Part shown: one piece after another, positions 31,498-41,841 of the stretch
Position numbering within the stretch: the stretch's first letter is position 1
How the letters are laid out: each line of letters begins with the position of its first letter
DNA from: Desulfatiglandales bacterium
GTDB taxonomy: Bacteria > Desulfobacterota > DSM-4660 > Desulfatiglandales > Desulfatiglandaceae
Direction of reading: 5' to 3'
Assembly: GCA_963666345.1 (NCBI GenBank)
Contig: OY762721.1
Coordinates: 992,001-1,056,000 of the forward strand
DNA length: 64,000 bases
Program-made: the position numbers and the translations under genes
The notes under the pieces: generated by a model
Databases searched by the model: none
Told to the model about the DNA's origin: nothing
Seen by the model: the letters and a program-made list of their open reading frames with translations, nothing else

Positions 31498-32027
31498 CTG
31501 AAGTTCCTCCTGCCGTCCTGCTCAAAATGATGTTGGAAAATTCATCTATTGCGCTATACTTTAAGATAGCAACAATCGGGGAAAACTCAAGAATCCGATA
31601 CACGCTCCCCCGCCGGTCAAGGCAGAGGGGAGTATTTTACGCGACGGGCTGTGGGGCGTAAATCAAGGGAACGAGTACATGAAAAAGCTTGAAACAGGTC
31701 TAAAGGGGGAAAACTCCTCTTTCATGTCACGGCCAGTGACGCCCGGGGCAAGATAAGTGAAGGAGTAAACGAGCAGCGTATAATAGGCCTTTACCTTTTC
31801 TTGAAAAGGTAAAGGAAAAAGCCTACGATAAAAAGCAATGAGAATAATAAGCAGGCATTGACAGGTTCTCTTTTTAGGGATATGCAGACATGTCTTAAGC
31901 AGGGAGGTCATCTCAAACACAGGAGGTGCCGCGACCACAGATCTCTCACAGAGGTCACAGGGGACACAGAGAAAACGCAGGGGGGGCCCGCTTTTTCAAC
32001 ATGGATCAGAAAACGAGGCGTTCCATA

Positions 32028-32495
32028 ATGGACCATGACAGAGATAAATTTGAAAAATCCTTTGAAATATTGTCCGCCCAGGGATATTCGGACACGGTCA
32101 TAAGGCACTGGTTGAATCCTAAGAACTTCGGCATAAAGGACAGCGGGCTCTGTGACGGCTACTCCGGGTGGAACGGGTGCCCTTACGGGGATTCAATGGC
32201 GATCTGTATCAAGGTAACCGACGACCTGATTAAGGAAGCCACCTTTATGAGCGATATCTGCATAGGATCCGTATCCGCGGCAAGCCTGCTCACGGAAAAA
32301 GTAAGATCCATGACCCCGGCCGAGGCGAGCGGGATTTCCGCTGCCAGGATAATAGATGAACTGGGAGGTCTGCCCGAGCAGTTTATCCACTGCGCGGATA
32401 TGGCAAAAGACACATTGACCAAGGCTATTTTGGACTACTACGATAAGGGATACAGACAGGCCCCATGGAAGAAGATGTACAGGCCAGGGGGTTAG
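32028..32495 (+). CDS. NifU/IscU N-terminal-like Fe-S scaffold protein
   Basis: HWLNPKNFG, CPYGDSM, DICIGS, ELGGLPEQFIHCA; start uncertain (32001 or 32028). Confidence 0.8.
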   Translation: MDHDRDKFEKSFEILSAQGYSDTVIRHWLNPKNFGIKDSGLCDGYSGWNGCPYGDSMAICIKVTDDLIKEATFMSDICIGSVSAASLLTEKVRSMTPAEASGISAARIIDELGGLPEQFIHCADMAKDTLTKAILDYYDKGYRQAPWKKMYRPGG

Positions 32496-32613
32496 ATGCT
32501 GAAAGGGCCCATGAAATCGATCACCCTGGCTGACGGATAGCAAGGCTTTTCCATGTTTGGTTCTTCTCCGATTTAGTTGTGTAAAAAGGGTTCAAGTGAT
32601 TGGTATTTAATCA

Positions 32614-32772
32614 GTGTTCGTCCATAAATCAGGATTTATGGACTCACGCTATCGGAAACCGGCTCTCAGCTGTCAGCAAAACATTCGGAATGTCAACTTA
32701 TTGGCTGCTTGCTGATAGCTGACGGCTGAAAGCAGTATCCGGAAGTGAGCAATTTCCGGATGGGCACTAACT
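32614..32772. repeat. nested short palindromic elements (MITE-end-like), copy 1
   Basis: gtccataaatc-ag-gatttatggac; ctctcagctgtcagc/gctgatagctgacggctga heptamer IR; atccggaa..ttccggat; 32614-32685 matches 52063-52127. Confidence 0.6.
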
Positions 32773-32837
32773 AACCAACTAATCGGGAGAAAATCCCTGT
32801 CTTTTAACATAAAAGTCAATACCCGGGAAATAAGCAG

Positions 32838-33074
32838 ATGGATATGCAACCGAAAAAGGAATTTGCCCTGATTGACTATGATCTGTGCAGACCGCAGGGG
32901 TGCGACCCTGACCAAGGGATCTGCGCTTCTTCAAAGGCATGCACACACAAGGTCCTCAAGCAGATAGACGGGAGGTTTGAACCTCCGATGATATTTCAGG
33001 ACATGTGCATGGGATGCTGGGACTGCATTGAGGCATGTCCACTTGATGCGGTCAAAAGAAGACATATAAACTGA
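32838..33074 (+). CDS. small ferredoxin-like protein
   Basis: CMGCWDCIEACP plus N-terminal Cys cluster. Confidence 0.75.
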   Translation: MDMQPKKEFALIDYDLCRPQGCDPDQGICASSKACTHKVLKQIDGRFEPPMIFQDMCMGCWDCIEACPLDAVKRRHIN

Positions 33075-33107
33075 GGCATCCCAGGCCTTTAAAAAAAACG
33101 ACAACAG

Positions 33108-33533
33108 ATGACACCACCAATAGGCGGGGCAAGGCCCCGCAACAACAGAAGGGGCGGAGGACGAAGGCGTCTTCGTCCTTCGGTAAACAGACTTCCACAC
33201 ACGGAGTGGCAGGCAGCGGCTCAATATAAAGCCGGTTCCCGGAAGGCAGAGGGCGAGGTTGAATCCATCAGAAGGCAGGCAAGCGAGCTTATCAGCAGCC
33301 TGAACAACCTGATGACCCGCATCAGCCGGATGGAGAGGGGAGAGAGTCTCTCGGCAATGGTCGCGGTTGTCGACCAGCAGCAGTGCATCGGTTGCGGCCT
33401 GTGCCTCGAGGCCTGCAGCTACGGGGCGATAACCCTCAAAGGAACCTCCAGCATAGATCCGCTTAAATGCAAGGGATGCGGCGACTGCCTGAACTTCTGC
33501 CGCAAGGGGGCAATATCCCTGAGCCCCGTTTGA
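33108..33533 (+). CDS. 2x[4Fe-4S] ferredoxin-domain protein with Arg/Gly-rich N-terminus and coiled coil
   Basis: CIGCGLCLEAC, CKGCGDCLNFC. Confidence 0.8.
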   Translation: MTPPIGGARPRNNRRGGGRRRLRPSVNRLPHTEWQAAAQYKAGSRKAEGEVESIRRQASELISSLNNLMTRISRMERGESLSAMVAVVDQQQCIGCGLCLEACSYGAITLKGTSSIDPLKCKGCGDCLNFCRKGAISLSPV

Positions 33534-33575
33534 TCGAATACCCGGATGGACCGCTAGCAGTAAGAGGAAAGAGAA

Positions 33576-34045
33576 GAGGCAACGAAAGGCTATTACAAGG
33601 TTTTAAAGATAAGTCCTCAAACAACCGATGAGGAGATAAAAAAGTCCTATCTAAACCTCGCCATGCGATATCACCCTGACAGAAATCGTGATGATCCTGA
33701 ATGCGAAGAACGACTCAAGGAGATCAATGATGCCCACAATGTACTTGGAGATGAAGGTAAAAGGCGGCAGTACGATCTTTTATGCTCTCATCGTTTGGGG
33801 AGGGTCAGACCTTTTTTGAAGGAGATCTCAGCGAGGATATCGTCGCAATCCTCAGACAGTTTATGAGCGGAGGGCTTCCCGTAAGAAGAAAGGGGGCCTG
33901 CAGGGGTGCAGGTTTTCGGAAAAAGGGATGCAGGCCGCTGGAATCGCAACTTTTGAGCGCAAGGGATAGGGATTACAAGAAGAGAGGGGTCCTTCCGGGC
34001 CCCTCTCTTAATTTTGAACATTCTGCCGCGTCGTCTCAACCCTGA
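33576..34045 (+). pseudogene. J-domain (DnaJ-like) gene, no start codon and apparently frameshifted
   Basis: ATKGYYKVLKISPQTTDEEIKKSYLNLAMRYHPDRN...KRRQYD (HPD motif) is preceded by GAG and in-frame stops; C-terminus appears to continue in another frame (33782-34045). Confidence 0.65.
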
Positions 34046-34081
34046 CTTTTCCCGAATTTATCGAACCTGCATGGCACTATA

Positions 34082-35605
34082 TCAGATAGTGGAGCAGACC
34101 TTTTCAATGGCTTCCGCCATGGCCGCATCCTCTTTTCTTATATCTTCCATGGTCTTGGGAAGCACCTCGGGAGGCCTTTGCTCAAGCCCGTATTTCCATT
34201 TGAGAAACTTCACTCCGGTAGTCGGATAAAGCGCCACGATAAGAAGATCAAAGTCGTCTTTTGCAAGATCACCCGCCTTTTTCCGTGCCCCGTCAAGTTC
34301 AGGCTCCAGATAATCGGCCGGACGCCCGGTGACGGGGGTCTCACCCCTAGCATATCCCTTGAGCACCTTTTTCCTGATATCGGGATCAGGCTCCGCCGGT
34401 GTCTTTCCGTACAACCCGTAGGCAAGGGCCTTGACCTCGTTTGTCACGATCTTGTATCTGCCGAAAAGGACATTCAGGACCGCCTGAACCCCCACGATCT
34501 GGCTTGTCGGCGTGACCAGAGGCGGCATGCCAAGGTCCTTTCTTGTCCTTGCCACCTCCTCGTATACCTCGGGAAGACGGTCCAGCGCGTTTGCCTCCTT
34601 GAGCTGGCTTACCAGGTTGGAGATCATTCCTCCCGGCACCTGGTGGATTAAAACGCCCGTGTCTATGACCGACATTCTGTGTCTTGCAAGATAATCCCTG
34701 TATTTGGGGGCTATGGTCTCTATGTAGTCTCCCAGCTCGAGAAGGGTCGCCAGATCAAAGCCCGGGTCCCTGACAGTCCCTACGAGGGTGGCGGCAATCG
34801 GCTCGACAGCCGGCTGAGATGTCCTGAGAGCGAAGGGGGCGAGACAGGTATCTACTATGTCCACACCTGCCTTGATCGCCTCGAGATATATCATTGATGC
34901 CATTCCGCTGGTATAATGGGTATGCAGATGTATCGGGATGGAGGTCTTCTCTTTCAGTGCGGTGATCAGCTTTGCGATATCAAATGGCGACATTATTCCC
35001 GCCATATCCTTGAGACATATGGTATCGGCACCCATCTCTTCCAGCTCGCGGGCCTTGTCCATATAATAGTCGAGGTTGAATATTTCACCCCCCATCCTTC
35101 TCTCTGTAAGGGTGTAGCATATCGTCCCCTGAAAGTGCCTGCCGTTTGCCTTGATCCGCTCTACGACCGTCTCGAAATTTCTGTAATCATTCAGGGCGTC
35201 AAAGACCCTGAACACATCCATTCCCGCCTCACAGCTCTTGTCCACAAAGAGTCTTGCCACATCATCGGCGTAATTTCTGTAACCGACCAGGTTCTGACCT
35301 CTTAAAAGCATGGATAGAGGGGTCTTTTTGATATACCTTTTAAGCGTTCTCAACCGCTCAAAGGGATCTTCCCCCAGGAATCTGTGGGTGGTGTCGAATG
35401 TGGCTCCACCCCATACCTCCATTGCCCAGAAGCCCACTTCATCCATCTTTTCCGCTATGGGAAGCATGTCCTCGGTCCTCATCCTTGTGGCAAGGAGGGA
35501 CTGGTGACCGTCCCTGAATGTGTTATCCTGGATCTTGACCGGGTTTTTGGGCCCATCTTCCAGAAATCTGTCCATTATGCCTACCTCCTTTTCTGCATAC
35601 GTCAT
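34082..35605 (-). CDS. pyruvate/oxaloacetate carboxyltransferase (PycB/OadA/5S-type) without biotin-carrier domain
   Basis: FRDGHQSLLATRM, EVWGGATFD, KDMAG, HLHTH, VPGGMISN, PPLVTPTSQIVG; no AMKM. Confidence 0.9.
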   Translation of the reverse strand: MTYAEKEVGIMDRFLEDGPKNPVKIQDNTFRDGHQSLLATRMRTEDMLPIAEKMDEVGFWAMEVWGGATFDTTHRFLGEDPFERLRTLKRYIKKTPLSMLLRGQNLVGYRNYADDVARLFVDKSCEAGMDVFRVFDALNDYRNFETVVERIKANGRHFQGTICYTLTERRMGGEIFNLDYYMDKARELEEMGADTICLKDMAGIMSPFDIAKLITALKEKTSIPIHLHTHYTSGMASMIYLEAIKAGVDIVDTCLAPFALRTSQPAVEPIAATLVGTVRDPGFDLATLLELGDYIETIAPKYRDYLARHRMSVIDTGVLIHQVPGGMISNLVSQLKEANALDRLPEVYEEVARTRKDLGMPPLVTPTSQIVGVQAVLNVLFGRYKIVTNEVKALAYGLYGKTPAEPDPDIRKKVLKGYARGETPVTGRPADYLEPELDGARKKAGDLAKDDFDLLIVALYPTTGVKFLKWKYGLEQRPPEVLPKTMEDIRKEDAAMAEAIEKVCSTI

Positions 35606-35774
35606 GATAATCCTCGCGCCAAAAACGACGCGGCCCGCTGAGGGGAAGGCGCCTTAGGGCGCCCTTGATGCAGGACTAAACCGGGGGTACTGAAAACGCG
35701 ACTCTTTCAGCACCCCTTCACAAAATAAAGACCGGCTGATTGGATTGGTAAAATTTAAGTCGGAAACCGGGCAA

Positions 35775-36380
35775 TCAGATATTAGCGGACCCCGCCTTTC
35801 GTGCCGCCTGAAGACAGGGGAATGACGATAGGACATGATCCATGAACTTCACTTCAACACGATTAACGATGAGATCGCCTTGTCTTGTTATCCTGAATGT
35901 CTCTCTTACATCAAGCTCGGAGTCGGAGGGAGAAAAATCTTCCTCAACCTGATCTCCTACCTTAACCATAAGTTCGAAGTCCTCCGGCCTTAATTTGTCT
36001 TTCTGCAGCTGCCGGATTCCCTGCGGCATATAATACCTGAGATAAAGCATATCCGCTTCCGGGTCAAACCTTGAAAAGACAACAGGAAGATCCACGCAGT
36101 AGCTTTGCTCGGTGAATCTGTTCAATTCGATCTCAGCATCCGTAAGCCTTTTTCTGAAATGGCCGTATGACTCTGAAGGCTGCCTGCCTGCGGCTGTCTG
36201 ATCTATTAGCTGGGCATATCGTTTGGGAAAGTATCCTGCCGGATAGTTCTCGTTTGTATCAAGTGCCTTTACGCATACATTGAGCCCCATTTGATCGATT
36301 CTTACATTTGCGAAAAAAACCAGGGCAGTGAAACCGGCAAGCGCAATGATATAGATATTTTTTCTTATAGCCCTTAACAA
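35775..36380 (-). CDS. hypothetical protein with N-terminal membrane anchor
   Basis: AGGAGG RBS before TTG; one TM segment; own promoter. Confidence 0.7.
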   Translation of the reverse strand: MLRAIRKNIYIIALAGFTALVFFANVRIDQMGLNVCVKALDTNENYPAGYFPKRYAQLIDQTAAGRQPSESYGHFRKRLTDAEIELNRFTEQSYCVDLPVVFSRFDPEADMLYLRYYMPQGIRQLQKDKLRPEDFELMVKVGDQVEEDFSPSDSELDVRETFRITRQGDLIVNRVEVKFMDHVLSSFPCLQAARKAGSANI

Positions 36381-36422
36381 CGCTCAATTTCCTCCTAATT
36401 CGTTATAATAAAAAAAGTACGG

Positions 36423-36451
36423 AATTTATTGAAATAACGGGGCATTGTCAA
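36423..36451 (-). promoter_or_regulatory. sigma70 promoter for 35775-36380
   Basis: TTGACA-N17-TAAATT on the minus strand. Confidence 0.5.
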
Positions 36452-36497
36452 GACAAAAATGTGCCTGCCGCTCAAGGTCTGAAAAAAATCCCCTTTT

Positions 36498-37373
36498 TCA
36501 GGATTTTTCACTCAGGGCCTTCAAGGCCAGATAAAGGGCCTGGGTGCCTGAGCGGCCGTGTCCCTGTGCCTTTACCGCCACATAAAGCTGCTGAACAAGG
36601 GCCAGCCCCGGCAGGGAGACTCCGGCCGCAGAGGCCTCTTCCAGGGCGATCCCCATGTCCTTTATGAAATGTTCGACGAAAAAACCGGTATCATACTCCC
36701 CTCTGACGATCCGGGGCCCCAGATTATTTATACTCCACGAACTTGCAGCACCCTTTCCTATAACCTCGATAACCGCCTCACGGTCCAGCCCCAGCCCGGC
36801 CGCGTAGATAAGCGATTCACACACACCTATCATGGTTCCGGCGACAAGAATCTGATTGCACATCTTCGTATGCTGGCCAGCTCCCGGCCCACCCATATAG
36901 AAGATATTCTTTCCCATCAACCTGAATATGGGGACCACCTCATTGAAAACCGACTCTTTTCCCCCCACCATTATGGCAAGAGAGGCGTCTCTTGCACCTA
37001 TATCTCCCCCTGAGACCGGTGCGTCAAGGCTTTCAAGTCCCAACTCGACGGCCTTACGCGATATGGCCCTGGATAGCCCCGGCCTTGTAGTGGTCATATC
37101 CACGACAATGGAGCAGGCGGGTCTTGATGAAAGTATCCCCTTTTCTCCGAAATAGACCTCTTCAACATCACTCGGAAGCCCGATTATCGTAAACAGTATG
37201 TCAGTGGAGAAAGCGACATCAAAGGGGGAGTCACACCATATTGCGCCTCTCGCCAAAAGGCCCTCCGCCTTTTCCTTTGTCCTGTTGAATACATAAATGT
37301 CATGGCCTCCGTCAATCAAATGTCCTGCCATGGAAAAACCCATGACACCGGTACCGATCCATCCTATCTTCAT
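36498..37373 (-). CDS. beta-hydroxyacid dehydrogenase (3-hydroxyisobutyrate dehydrogenase / tartronate semialdehyde reductase family)
   Basis: IGWIGTGVMG, LDAPVSGGDIGA, GAGQHTKMCNQI, FIKDMGIA. Confidence 0.9.
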   Translation of the reverse strand: MKIGWIGTGVMGFSMAGHLIDGGHDIYVFNRTKEKAEGLLARGAIWCDSPFDVAFSTDILFTIIGLPSDVEEVYFGEKGILSSRPACSIVVDMTTTRPGLSRAISRKAVELGLESLDAPVSGGDIGARDASLAIMVGGKESVFNEVVPIFRLMGKNIFYMGGPGAGQHTKMCNQILVAGTMIGVCESLIYAAGLGLDREAVIEVIGKGAASSWSINNLGPRIVRGEYDTGFFVEHFIKDMGIALEEASAAGVSLPGLALVQQLYVAVKAQGHGRSGTQALYLALKALSEKS

Positions 37374-37778
37374 GACTTCCTCCTCCATATTATTCTGATA
37401 CGGCCCTTTAAATTCTCTTATGCCACTGTTTCAGAAGCTGCAGCCTCCCCCGAAGGCCTCAAAAAAACGACCCGGGGTTTCACGTTTTAATGAAATAATG
37501 CTTGAAAAGACAAGACTCTTGTGTATAGCTATATGGTTTATTTTCAAAAAAATTATTTATTGAAGAGACGGCTCGAGAAGTTCTCGACACCGATTCCCGA
37601 CGGATCAGGCCGCTATCTGAAAATCGGATGCAGTGAACCACCTTTGAGAAAACAGCAATCATAAAATCCACTGGCATTTCTCTTCGACTGAACCGGATAA
37701 AGATCTGATCCAAAGAGTAAGAGTATAATCATTCACACGGCAAAAAAACAAGCAAAACAGGCCTTACAGGAGAAAGAC

Positions 37779-39371
37779 ATGTACAGAGTTATGATAAGAG
37801 ACGGGATGGACCCGCTTGCAAAAGAGATTCTTGAGCAGACAGGGGAGATTGAGGTTGTAATTGATAATGACAAGGAGACAAATAAGCCTGAGGTCCTGGC
37901 CGGTATCATAAAAGACTTTGACGGTCTGGCAGTAAGAAGCGGCACCAAGGTGACCGGAGAAGTCCTGGCCGCAGCTACCCGCCTCAAGGTAATAGGCAGG
38001 GCCGGGATAGGCGTCGACAACATCGACGTGAGATCGGCCACCGATTCGGGAATAGTGGTCATGAACGCCCCCGGCGGCAACACTGTCACAACGGGAGAGC
38101 ACGCAGTGTCCATGATGATGTCTCTTGCCCGCAACATTCCTCAGGCTACGGCCTCACTAAGGGCAGGCAGGTGGGACAAAAAGAAATACATGGGGGTCGA
38201 AATCACAGGCAAGAGTCTCGGGATAGTCGGACTGGGTCACATAGGAAGAGAGGTGGCGGCCAGGGCGCTCGGCCTCAAGATGCAGGTACTGGCCTCGGAT
38301 CCTTACATAACAAAAGAGGCCGCCACTGAGCTTGGCGTCGAATTGATGCCGCTTGATGAACTCCTTGGTAAGGCCGATTTTATTTCCCTTCACGTTCCAC
38401 GCATGGACGAGACCAGGAACATGATAAACAGGGATTCAATCGCCAGGATGAAAAAGGGTGTGCGAATCATCAACTGTGCAAGGGGAGAGATATTAAATAT
38501 CGACGATCTCTATGACGCAATTGAAGAAGGTACCGTGGCCGGTGCCGCTCTGGACGTGTTTCCCAAAGAGCCTCCAGATTATTCGCTGCCTATCTTTTCT
38601 CATCCCAATGTTATCTTTACCCCCCATCTGGGTGCCAGCACGGGAGAAGCGCAAAAAAAGGTGGCCGAGATGATCGCCAGACAGATGGTCGATTACCTCA
38701 CCAACGGCGTCATCACCAACGCGGTCAACTTTCCTTCCATTCCGCTTAAGATTATGCCCCGGCTCAAGCCTTTTCTGGAGTTGGCCGAACGTCTCGGCTC
38801 CATGACCGGACAACTGACGAGACAACCCCATGATATCAGGATTACCTACAGCGGGGACGTTACCAAGTTTGATACCCATGTACTCACCCATGCGGTCTTA
38901 AAGGGGCTCCTGGATTCTTTTACCGATAAACCGGTAAACTATGTGAACGCCCATCATCTTGCCAGAGACAGGGGTATCGGCGTTGAAGAGACGATAAGCA
39001 ATGAAACTAAAGATTATACCAATCTTATCCAGATAAAGATGCCCGGGATCAATGAAGAGTTAAATGAGATCTGGGGGACCATATTCGCCAAAAACACCCA
39101 GAGGATAGTGCGCCTGGGCCGGATACATATGGATGCGGAACCGGAAGGCTGGATGATAGTCATTCAGAACCATGACAAGCCCGGAGTAATCGGAAACCTG
39201 GGGAACATGCTGGCGGGACACGGGATAAACATCGCCCGCTTTCATCTGGGCAGGCTGGAAGGCCGCGCCATATGTCTCGTAAATATAGATTCTCCGGCCA
39301 AAGAAGAGATTATAGATGATATCCGCTCCCTGCCTAATATAATAAGCGCTCAGGGCATCATGCTGAAGTGA
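37779..39371 (+). CDS. serA: D-3-phosphoglycerate dehydrogenase (type I, ASB+ACT)
   Basis: GRAGIGVDNID, GLGHIG, INCARG, TPHLGAST, C-terminal DKPGVIG ACT domain. Confidence 0.93.
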   Translation: MYRVMIRDGMDPLAKEILEQTGEIEVVIDNDKETNKPEVLAGIIKDFDGLAVRSGTKVTGEVLAAATRLKVIGRAGIGVDNIDVRSATDSGIVVMNAPGGNTVTTGEHAVSMMMSLARNIPQATASLRAGRWDKKKYMGVEITGKSLGIVGLGHIGREVAARALGLKMQVLASDPYITKEAATELGVELMPLDELLGKADFISLHVPRMDETRNMINRDSIARMKKGVRIINCARGEILNIDDLYDAIEEGTVAGAALDVFPKEPPDYSLPIFSHPNVIFTPHLGASTGEAQKKVAEMIARQMVDYLTNGVITNAVNFPSIPLKIMPRLKPFLELAERLGSMTGQLTRQPHDIRITYSGDVTKFDTHVLTHAVLKGLLDSFTDKPVNYVNAHHLARDRGIGVEETISNETKDYTNLIQIKMPGINEELNEIWGTIFAKNTQRIVRLGRIHMDAEPEGWMIVIQNHDKPGVIGNLGNMLAGHGINIARFHLGRLEGRAICLVNIDSPAKEEIIDDIRSLPNIISAQGIMLK

Positions 39372-39421
39372 GTAGACATCGACCACACTCGACAACCCCA
39401 GGACCGACAAGGACAGGCTGA

Positions 39422-40333
39422 ATGAATCGTCCTGACCGATTCCCTTCAAAAGATATAAGAGACATACCCGCTCCTGACCATTCGGATATCCTGGGGCTTA
39501 ATTTTATCAGGACACCGGGGATATACCACTTCAGAAGACATTACCGTTCGGGACTTCGTTCTCACATAATGGAACTGTTGAGACCCGGGGACCTTAGGAT
39601 CGAAAGAAAAGGAACACTCGACAAAGGGGGCATGCGGCTTTTTCCCAGGGCGCGGCCGGTCAGGATACTCAGGATATTCAAGAGGAGATTCAGGTCCCGA
39701 AAAGAGATTGAGTCGGAACTGAAGAGGGTCAAGATAATAAGTGCCTATCTCGGTCCGGACAATGTCGCCAGATCAGATGAATTTCTTGTCAGCTACCTGG
39801 CAGGCAAAAGATGCGAACATGTCCTTTGCGGTCTTCAGGAATATGTAGAGGGAGAAATCCTTGATCCCTGGGCCGGGCTTCATGATAAAATGCTTAAAAC
39901 GCTTTTATTACGCATGGCTTCTGAAAAGGCGGAAGCAGGAGAGCAATCGGTTGATAAACGGCTCTTTGATGCGAAACAAAAGGCCGGGGTCTTTATCAAA
40001 AAGTTAAAGGCCCTGGTGTATGAGGCAGGTTATGTACCCGATCTGGCAGGGATGGGGAATCTGCTGATAACGCGTGCCGGCGACATCAAACTGGTAGATA
40101 TAAACAATATCTCCAGGGTGGATTTTTCCCCGCGGATCGCTGTCGATGAAAAGGGCTATCCTGTCTGCGACAAGAGCATACAGGGGCTCGCCCTTCTCGA
40201 AGAACAGCTGAGCGGACAAATCGATAAAAAAGAAAAAATCTACGAAGTTTACACCGCTTCAAAAAGGGTCAAAGACGCAAGAAAGTTGGAAAGGCGGTTT
40301 CACCTCTCACTTGACACATCAAGTTACCCGTAG
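39422..40333 (+). CDS. hypothetical protein, possible protein-kinase-like fold
   Basis: LQEYVEG, VPDLAGMGNLL, IKLVDIN resemble hinge, catalytic loop and Mg-binding motifs. Confidence 0.6.
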   Translation: MNRPDRFPSKDIRDIPAPDHSDILGLNFIRTPGIYHFRRHYRSGLRSHIMELLRPGDLRIERKGTLDKGGMRLFPRARPVRILRIFKRRFRSRKEIESELKRVKIISAYLGPDNVARSDEFLVSYLAGKRCEHVLCGLQEYVEGEILDPWAGLHDKMLKTLLLRMASEKAEAGEQSVDKRLFDAKQKAGVFIKKLKALVYEAGYVPDLAGMGNLLITRAGDIKLVDINNISRVDFSPRIAVDEKGYPVCDKSIQGLALLEEQLSGQIDKKEKIYEVYTASKRVKDARKLERRFHLSLDTSSYP

Positions 40334-40345
40334 CCCTGCATCACA

Positions 40346-41638
40346 CTATTCCTGCATATTCTTGATTATATCCAAATCACCTTCCCAGGCGGATTCAAGA
40401 ATCGGCCGCATGTAGGTATCGACCATCTTCGCGTTCAGGGGAACGGGCATGTTCCTCAACTTCATGTCAAGCTGGGGATTTTTAGCGGCTGCGAGGCATC
40501 TTTCCATATGCCCCGAAGTCACGCCCGGGACCTCCCTTAGGCATGTCGGAAACCCCAGGAATCTGCTGAAATCAACCATCCCCCTGGCAACTGCCATACC
40601 AAGATCCCTTCCGCTCAGTGAATCGACCTTCTCATCCAGATAGCCGTAGCGTTTATAGATGTTACCGATCGTCCTTAACTGATCCTCTATGGCTGGGGCA
40701 AAAAATACGGTATAGTAGGGATTCATAAGGGCACATGCGCGGCCGTGGCTTAAGACATCGACGAGAGAGAAACTGGTCAGATGTGCGCCTGAGGTTCCTC
40801 CCACCATTATGGCGTATCCGCCCAGGTCGGTTCCAAGTCCAAGAAAGGTCCTGGCTTCCATGCTATTGGGGTCTTTCTTCATCTCGGTTAGACCTTTTAT
40901 TATAAGCTCAATGCCCACGGTTGCTATCTCCTTTGTCCTTTCCCGGCTTTCCGGTCCTGATCCGAAATAGACTTCCAGGCAATGGGCGATCCCGTCGAGC
41001 CCCCCGTCAAGGGTAAGACTCATCGGCTGAGTCGCAGTCACGTCATAGTCGAATATCGCGCGGGGAGGGATAACGGCCTCATCCACAATCAATTTTTTCT
41101 GACCCTGAACCGGGTCGGTTATATTCGAATATTTTGTAAGGTGGGCGCCGGAGCTCGATGCCATCATGACGGCAAGTACAGGTATAACGGTTCGTTCGGC
41201 CTTTTCGCATATCTTTGAGACCTGTCCTACCCCGAAAAAAGGATCTATTTCAGGTTCCATATCACCAAGGGTAGCCAAAGTCGCCGCCGCCTTCACGGAA
41301 TCGATCCCTGAACCACCGTCGGCTACAACAATGAAATCTGGCCTTTTGTGCATGATGTGACTGTGGATACGGTAAACATCCACAAAAGGGGCGTTCGGCG
41401 CCGCAGACCTTGCGATACCCACGACATTAACCCCTGCATCTTCAATAGAGTTAATGATCCTGAGCTGGAGCGGCTTGAACCACTCCAATTCGATGGGGCC
41501 TACAAACAAGGCCTTTTTACCCAGCTGGGAAGAGAATCTGCCGGCGGCCTCATCCAGTACACCGCTTCCGAAAGAGTAATTGTCGCCCTTAAATTCTCTG
41601 AGCATTGAAGCGGCACGATTCTTAAGATCTTTCATCAC
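40346..41638 (-). CDS. iron-containing alcohol dehydrogenase family protein
   Basis: DGGSGIDSVK, GLDGIAHCLE, GAHLTS, LSHGRACA. Confidence 0.85.
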   Translation of the reverse strand: MMKDLKNRAASMLREFKGDNYSFGSGVLDEAAGRFSSQLGKKALFVGPIELEWFKPLQLRIINSIEDAGVNVVGIARSAAPNAPFVDVYRIHSHIMHKRPDFIVVADGGSGIDSVKAAATLATLGDMEPEIDPFFGVGQVSKICEKAERTVIPVLAVMMASSSGAHLTKYSNITDPVQGQKKLIVDEAVIPPRAIFDYDVTATQPMSLTLDGGLDGIAHCLEVYFGSGPESRERTKEIATVGIELIIKGLTEMKKDPNSMEARTFLGLGTDLGGYAIMVGGTSGAHLTSFSLVDVLSHGRACALMNPYYTVFFAPAIEDQLRTIGNIYKRYGYLDEKVDSLSGRDLGMAVARGMVDFSRFLGFPTCLREVPGVTSGHMERCLAAAKNPQLDMKLRNMPVPLNAKMVDTYMRPILESAWEGDLDIIKNMQE

Positions 41639-41770
41639 CTGACTCCTCTCACAAAATATTTCATTCGCCTTCGCCCGAATACCCTGCAGCTTGATTTCAT
41701 TCTATTTATTCGGATTCCACTGAAAGATCAACCTGACCGTAGATTTGAATATTCTATTTATGAATATAGA

Positions 41771-41807
41771 ATAAAGGCCTGTCCCTTCTGAAAGGACAGA
41801 CCTTTAT
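41771..41807 (-). terminator. terminator after the glcF-like gene
   Basis: ataaaggcctgtcc...ggacagacctttat stem. Confidence 0.6.
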
Positions 41808-41841
41808 AGCTTATGTTTGTTTCATTTTTTTCGCAGGAATG

